From NCBI GenBank assembly GCA_963823435.1, contig CAWGLN010000009.1:132560-196559 (forward strand): a stretch of DNA of 64,000 bases, in the 5' to 3' direction. How positions within the stretch are numbered: the first letter of the stretch is position 1; each line of letters begins with the position of its first letter. The notes beneath the pieces are model-generated. The model was given only the letters and a program-made list of their open reading frames with translations. It did no database searches and was not told where the DNA came from. Shown here piece after piece: positions 60,186-64,000 of this stretch. The position numbers were made by a program, and so were the translations under genes. This DNA comes from an uncultured Gammaproteobacteria bacterium. GTDB taxonomy: Bacteria; Pseudomonadota; Gammaproteobacteria; Steroidobacterales; BM003.

Positions 60186-60986
60186 ATGCAGGGGCACCTG
60201 ACTATAGCCGTGCGAGCGGCACGTCGCGCTGGCGACTTGATTGTTCGCAGCATGAAGAGCAACCGCCCGGTGGATGTCGTTTCCAAGGATTGGAACGAAC
60301 TGGTCACCGAGATAGACATGCGCGCCGAGGAGGATATCAAGGAAACCATACGTCGCAGCTTTCCAGACCACGCCTTTCTTGCAGAGGAATCCGGGCAAAG
60401 CGGCGACAGCGATTTCGTCTGGATTATTGATCCCCTGGACGGCACCACCAACTTCATACACAAATTTCCGATTTTCGCAGTGTCCATTGCTCTGCAGGTA
60501 CGTGGTCAACTGGAAGTGGGCGTAATTTACGACCCAATGCGCCAGGAATTATTCACCGCGGCGCGTGGGGCGGGTGCCCACCTCGACGATCGCCGGATTC
60601 GGGTCAGTGGAACTACCCAGCTCAAGGATACGCTGATCGGTACGGGATTCCCCTACCGTGAGAACGTCAAGCACATGGACGCCTACCTGGCCATGCTCAA
60701 GACGGTAACGGAAAACGTGTCAGGCGTTCGCCGCCCGGGCGCCGCTGCGCTGGACCTCGCCTATGTCGCCGCGGGTCGATTTGACGGATTCTGGGAACTG
60801 GGTCTGAAGCCCTGGGATATCGCCGCCGGCGCCCTGCTTATACAGGAGGCCGGCGGGATCATCAGTTCGGTCCGTGGCGACTCACATTACATGGAAAGCG
60901 GCAACGTGATTGCCGGCTCACCCAAAATCCACCAGGCCCTGTCGGCGCTGCTGGACCCTCTGCTACCCGTGTCTCTGAAGCGCTAG
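60186..60986 (+). CDS. suhB: inositol monophosphatase family protein SuhB
   Basis: ..FLAEESG...WIIDPLDGTTNF...GAAALDLAYVAAGRFDGFWE. Start at MQGHL (60186). Confidence 0.9.
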   Translation: MQGHLTIAVRAARRAGDLIVRSMKSNRPVDVVSKDWNELVTEIDMRAEEDIKETIRRSFPDHAFLAEESGQSGDSDFVWIIDPLDGTTNFIHKFPIFAVSIALQVRGQLEVGVIYDPMRQELFTAARGAGAHLDDRRIRVSGTTQLKDTLIGTGFPYRENVKHMDAYLAMLKTVTENVSGVRRPGAAALDLAYVAAGRFDGFWELGLKPWDIAAGALLIQEAGGIISSVRGDSHYMESGNVIAGSPKIHQALSALLDPLLPVSLKR

Positions 60987-60999
60987 GCCTCAGCTTATC

Positions 61000-61929
61000 T
61001 CAGGGCATATCGTCGACCAGGTCTTCCTTCTTCGGTGGCATCAGGTCGATCAGGGTCAGATTCAGTTCCAGGGCCAGGGCGCTGGCCACGTAGATGGATG
61101 AATAAGTACCCACGAAAATACCGACCAGCAAGGCGACCGAGAACGAGTGGATTGCCTGGCCACCCAGGAAAAACAGGGCAAACAGGACCAGCAGGGTTGT
61201 GCCGGAGGTCATCAATGTTCGCGCCAACGTCTGGTTCAATGACACGTTCATGATTGTTTCCGGCTCGCCATTACGGATGCTACGGAAATTCTCGCGAATG
61301 CGGTCAAACACCACGATGGTGTCGTTCAGTGAGTAACCGATCACCGCCAGCACGGCGGCCAGGACCGACAGGTCAAACGCCATCTGGGTCGCCGCGAAAA
61401 ACCCCAGGGTAACAATCACATCATGTATCAGCGCGGCCACTGCGCCGACCGAGAGCTTCCACTGGAAGCGGGCCGCCACGTAAGCCAGGATCATCAGCAG
61501 CGCGAACAACATGGCCAGGCCACCCTGCTCGGCCAGTTCCTCACCCACCTGGGGTCCGACGAATTCCACCCGGTGCAGCAGCACCTCCGGATCGGCCTGG
61601 CTGAGGATCGACATGATGTGTTCGCCCACCTGGGCATTGGTGCCGGATCCCTCCGGCATAAGCCGAATCAACACGTCTTTGGAGGTGCCAAAATTCTGCA
61701 CCTGGGCGCCTTCGATACCCGCCGAGGACAATTGACTACGCAGAGCAGGCAGGTCCGCAGCTTGCGGATAACCGATTTCCAGCAACACACCGCCGGTGAA
61801 GTCGATACCGAAATTCAGACCGCGGGTCGCGATGGTGCTTAGCGAAAGAAGAATAAGCAGACCGGACAGCACGAATGCCGCCCTGCGCTTGCTCATGAAG
61901 TTGATGTGGGTTTCTTTAATAATTTCCAT
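61000..61929 (-). CDS. secF: protein translocase subunit SecF
   Basis: INFMSKRRAAFVLSG..., GIDFTGG, and six TM segments. Directly downstream of secD. Confidence 0.9.
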   Translation of the reverse strand: MEIIKETHINFMSKRRAAFVLSGLLILLSLSTIATRGLNFGIDFTGGVLLEIGYPQAADLPALRSQLSSAGIEGAQVQNFGTSKDVLIRLMPEGSGTNAQVGEHIMSILSQADPEVLLHRVEFVGPQVGEELAEQGGLAMLFALLMILAYVAARFQWKLSVGAVAALIHDVIVTLGFFAATQMAFDLSVLAAVLAVIGYSLNDTIVVFDRIRENFRSIRNGEPETIMNVSLNQTLARTLMTSGTTLLVLFALFFLGGQAIHSFSVALLVGIFVGTYSSIYVASALALELNLTLIDLMPPKKEDLVDDMP

Positions 61930-61944
61930 GACATTCCCCGCCGG

Positions 61945-63793
61945 CTAGATTGCCAGGCTCTTGACCTTGCGGTTGCCGTAAACCAGGTTCACCACTGCCC
62001 GTGTACCCACGATGGCGGTAAACATCGAAGTAATAATGCCCAGGGACAAGGTAATCGCGAAGCCCTTGATCGGGCCGGTACCGAAAGCAAACAACACCAC
62101 AGCGGCAATCAGGGTGGTGACGTTGGCATCAGCAATCGAGGAGAAAGCCTTGTCATAGCCGGCATGTATCGCCGCCTGGGGCGTATTGCCGCCGCGTAGC
62201 TCCTCGCGTATTCGCTCGAAGATCAGCACGTTGGCGTCCACCGCCATACCCACCGTGAGCACGATACCGGCGATACCCGGCAGGGTCAGGGAGGCCTGTA
62301 GCAGGGACAGCAAGGCCACCAGCAGAATCACGTTGGTCATCAGCGCCAGGTTGGCCACCAGGCCGAATACCTTGTAGTACACCGCCATGAACAACACCAC
62401 TACCAGGAAACCCACGGCCACGGCCAAAAATCCCTGGTCGATATTCGCCTGTCCCAGGCTGGGGCCTATGGTGCGTTCTTCCACGATGTAAATCGGCGCC
62501 GCCAGTGAACCGGCGCGCAACAACAGGGCCAGGTCACGGGACTCAAAGGGGGTCAGACCCTCGATCTGGAAATTGGAGGAAAACACACCGCGAATGGTGG
62601 CGGTATTGATCACCGTCTGCTCGGTGGTATCCACATCCACCAGCTCGCCATCGCGTTCAACTGTTTGACGTTTTTTCTCGATAAACACGACGGCCATCGG
62701 CTTGTCGAGATTGCGCTTGGTGGTCTCCAGCATCTTGCGGGCGCCCTTGGCGTCCAGCCGCACATGCACTACCGCGGAACCCTCGGAGAATCCCGAGGAC
62801 GCGTCGGTCAATTGATCACCGGTGACGATCACATCACGGCTCAACAGTATCGGTTGGCCCTGGCGATTTTCCAGCAGGATGGCGTTCAGGGGTACCCGCC
62901 CGGTGCGCTTGGCCTGATAGGCGTCGCCCTCCTGGTCAACCAGTCTGAACTCGAGCGTTGCCGTGGCGCCCAGCACTTTCTTGGCGCGGGTTGAATCCTG
63001 CACGCCCGGTAACTGGACCACGATCCGATCCAGACCCTGGCGCTGAACCACCGGTTCGGCAACGCCTATCTCGTTCACACGATTACGCAGGGTGGTGACA
63101 TTCTGCTCGATCGCAAAATCCTGGCGCTGCCTGATCTGCTGGTCGGTCATACTGACCGTGAGCACGACATCCTCTCCGTCTACACCTTCCAGCACTTCCA
63201 ATAGCGGATCTGCCTCGCTGATCAGTTCACGGGCTGCGTCGGCGTCAGCCTGGTCACGCAACACCACCTCCACTGTGCCATTTTGCTCGCGCACCCGTAC
63301 GTAGCGGATATCTTCACCGCGCAGCATGGCCTTGAAATCGGACTCGTAACGCTGCAGGGTCTGCGTTACCGCACCCTTGATATCCACTTCATACAGGAAA
63401 TGCACACCACCACGCAGATCCAGGCCCAGGCTCATGGGCCGAAGACCAATGGCGCGTAACCAGGCCGGTGTCCTTGGCGCCATGGTCAAGGCAGTGGCAT
63501 AGGTGCTGCCCAGTTCTGCCTTGATCAGGTCATGGGCCTGGAGTTGGGTCTCTACCCCCTCGAAACGCACCTGCACCCGGCCGTCCTCGGTCAAATACGC
63601 CGCGGTTAACGAGATTCTCACGCTGCAGCAATTCCCGCACCCGTGTCACGGTGCTCTCGGCTACCGGCTGGTAATCGTCGCGTGCTATCTGGATCGAAGG
63701 ATCTTCACCAAAAAGATTCGGCAGAGCCAGCAATCCGCCCACGGCGACCACCAGCACTACCATCAGGTTTTTCCACCAGGGATAGTGATTCAT
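61945..63793 (-). CDS. secD: protein translocase subunit SecD (one frame break near 63615-63625)
   Basis: The N-terminal piece is MNHYPWWKNLMVVLVVAVGGLLALPNLFG.. (63530..63793). The main ORF 61945..63621 carries ..LGLDLRGGVHF.., ..LEFRLV.. and the C-terminal TM bundle. Confidence 0.9.
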
Positions 63794-63816
63794 TATTTTG
63801 TTTCCGGAACGAGGTG

Positions 63817-64000
63817 TTAGTCGGCCTTGTAGGAGCCCTTGGGAACTGACTGGCTGACGGTGCCGCGAGCCACGCTCACTTCCGTACCCTTGGCGATCTC
63901 AATCCGCAGCCATTGCTCGTCAACCTTGGTGATCTTGCCAAGGATGCCGCCGGCAGTGACCACCTCGTCACCCGTGGTCAGGGCCTGGACCATATTGCGA
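63817..64000 (-). CDS. yajC: preprotein translocase subunit YajC, C-terminal part (5' end beyond the right edge)
   Basis: My minus-strand translation reads ..MVQALTTGDEVVTAGGILGKITKVDEQWLRIEIAKGTEVSVARGTVSQSVPKGSYKAD*. Conserved yajC-secD-secF order. Confidence 0.8.
   Translation of the reverse strand, partial: RNMVQALTTGDEVVTAGGILGKITKVDEQWLRIEIAKGTEVSVARGTVSQSVPKGSYKAD

Overview
This is a chromosomal segment of a gammaproteobacterium whose GC content looks high by eye (rough hand counts of core lines gave about 57-70%). Most of it is housekeeping DNA in an order I recognise from memory of Pseudomonas-type genomes. On the minus strand that order is yajC-secD-secF, trmJ, an ISC (iron-sulfur cluster assembly) locus, then ndk-rlmN-pilW-rodZ-hisS-yfgM-bamB-der, with suhB divergent. 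Further left are xseA, guaB-guaA, tadA/mltF, purL, hutU, and a hemN / Crp-Fnr regulator / ubiX group.

Two features depart from that core.

1. **Accessory segment, about 15.6-34.2 kb.** It lies between the purL-side genes and mltF. It carries an orphan T6SS-type FHA protein (TagH-like), an ECF sigma/anti-sigma pair surrounded by outer-membrane and secreted proteins, and a tRNA-Ser(CGA) locus. That locus has a tRNA-derived structured leader fragment, three direct copies of the tRNA 3' end, diverged repeat modules, an IS91 transposase remnant and an orphan ORF. A lower-GC beta-helix lipoprotein follows.

2. **Clustered reading-frame breaks.** These affect purL, hutU, guaA, secD, a dadA-like gene, a lipase, an APC permease and others. 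They are most simply explained as indel errors in low-quality stretches of the assembly. Gene calls there are whole-gene spans reconstructed across frames.

I found no rRNA genes, no CRISPR array, no intact mobile element and no recognisable defence operon. The most unusual locus is the tRNA-Ser region at 25.7-27.8 kb. All homology statements come from reading the translations and from memory of protein families. No database search was run.
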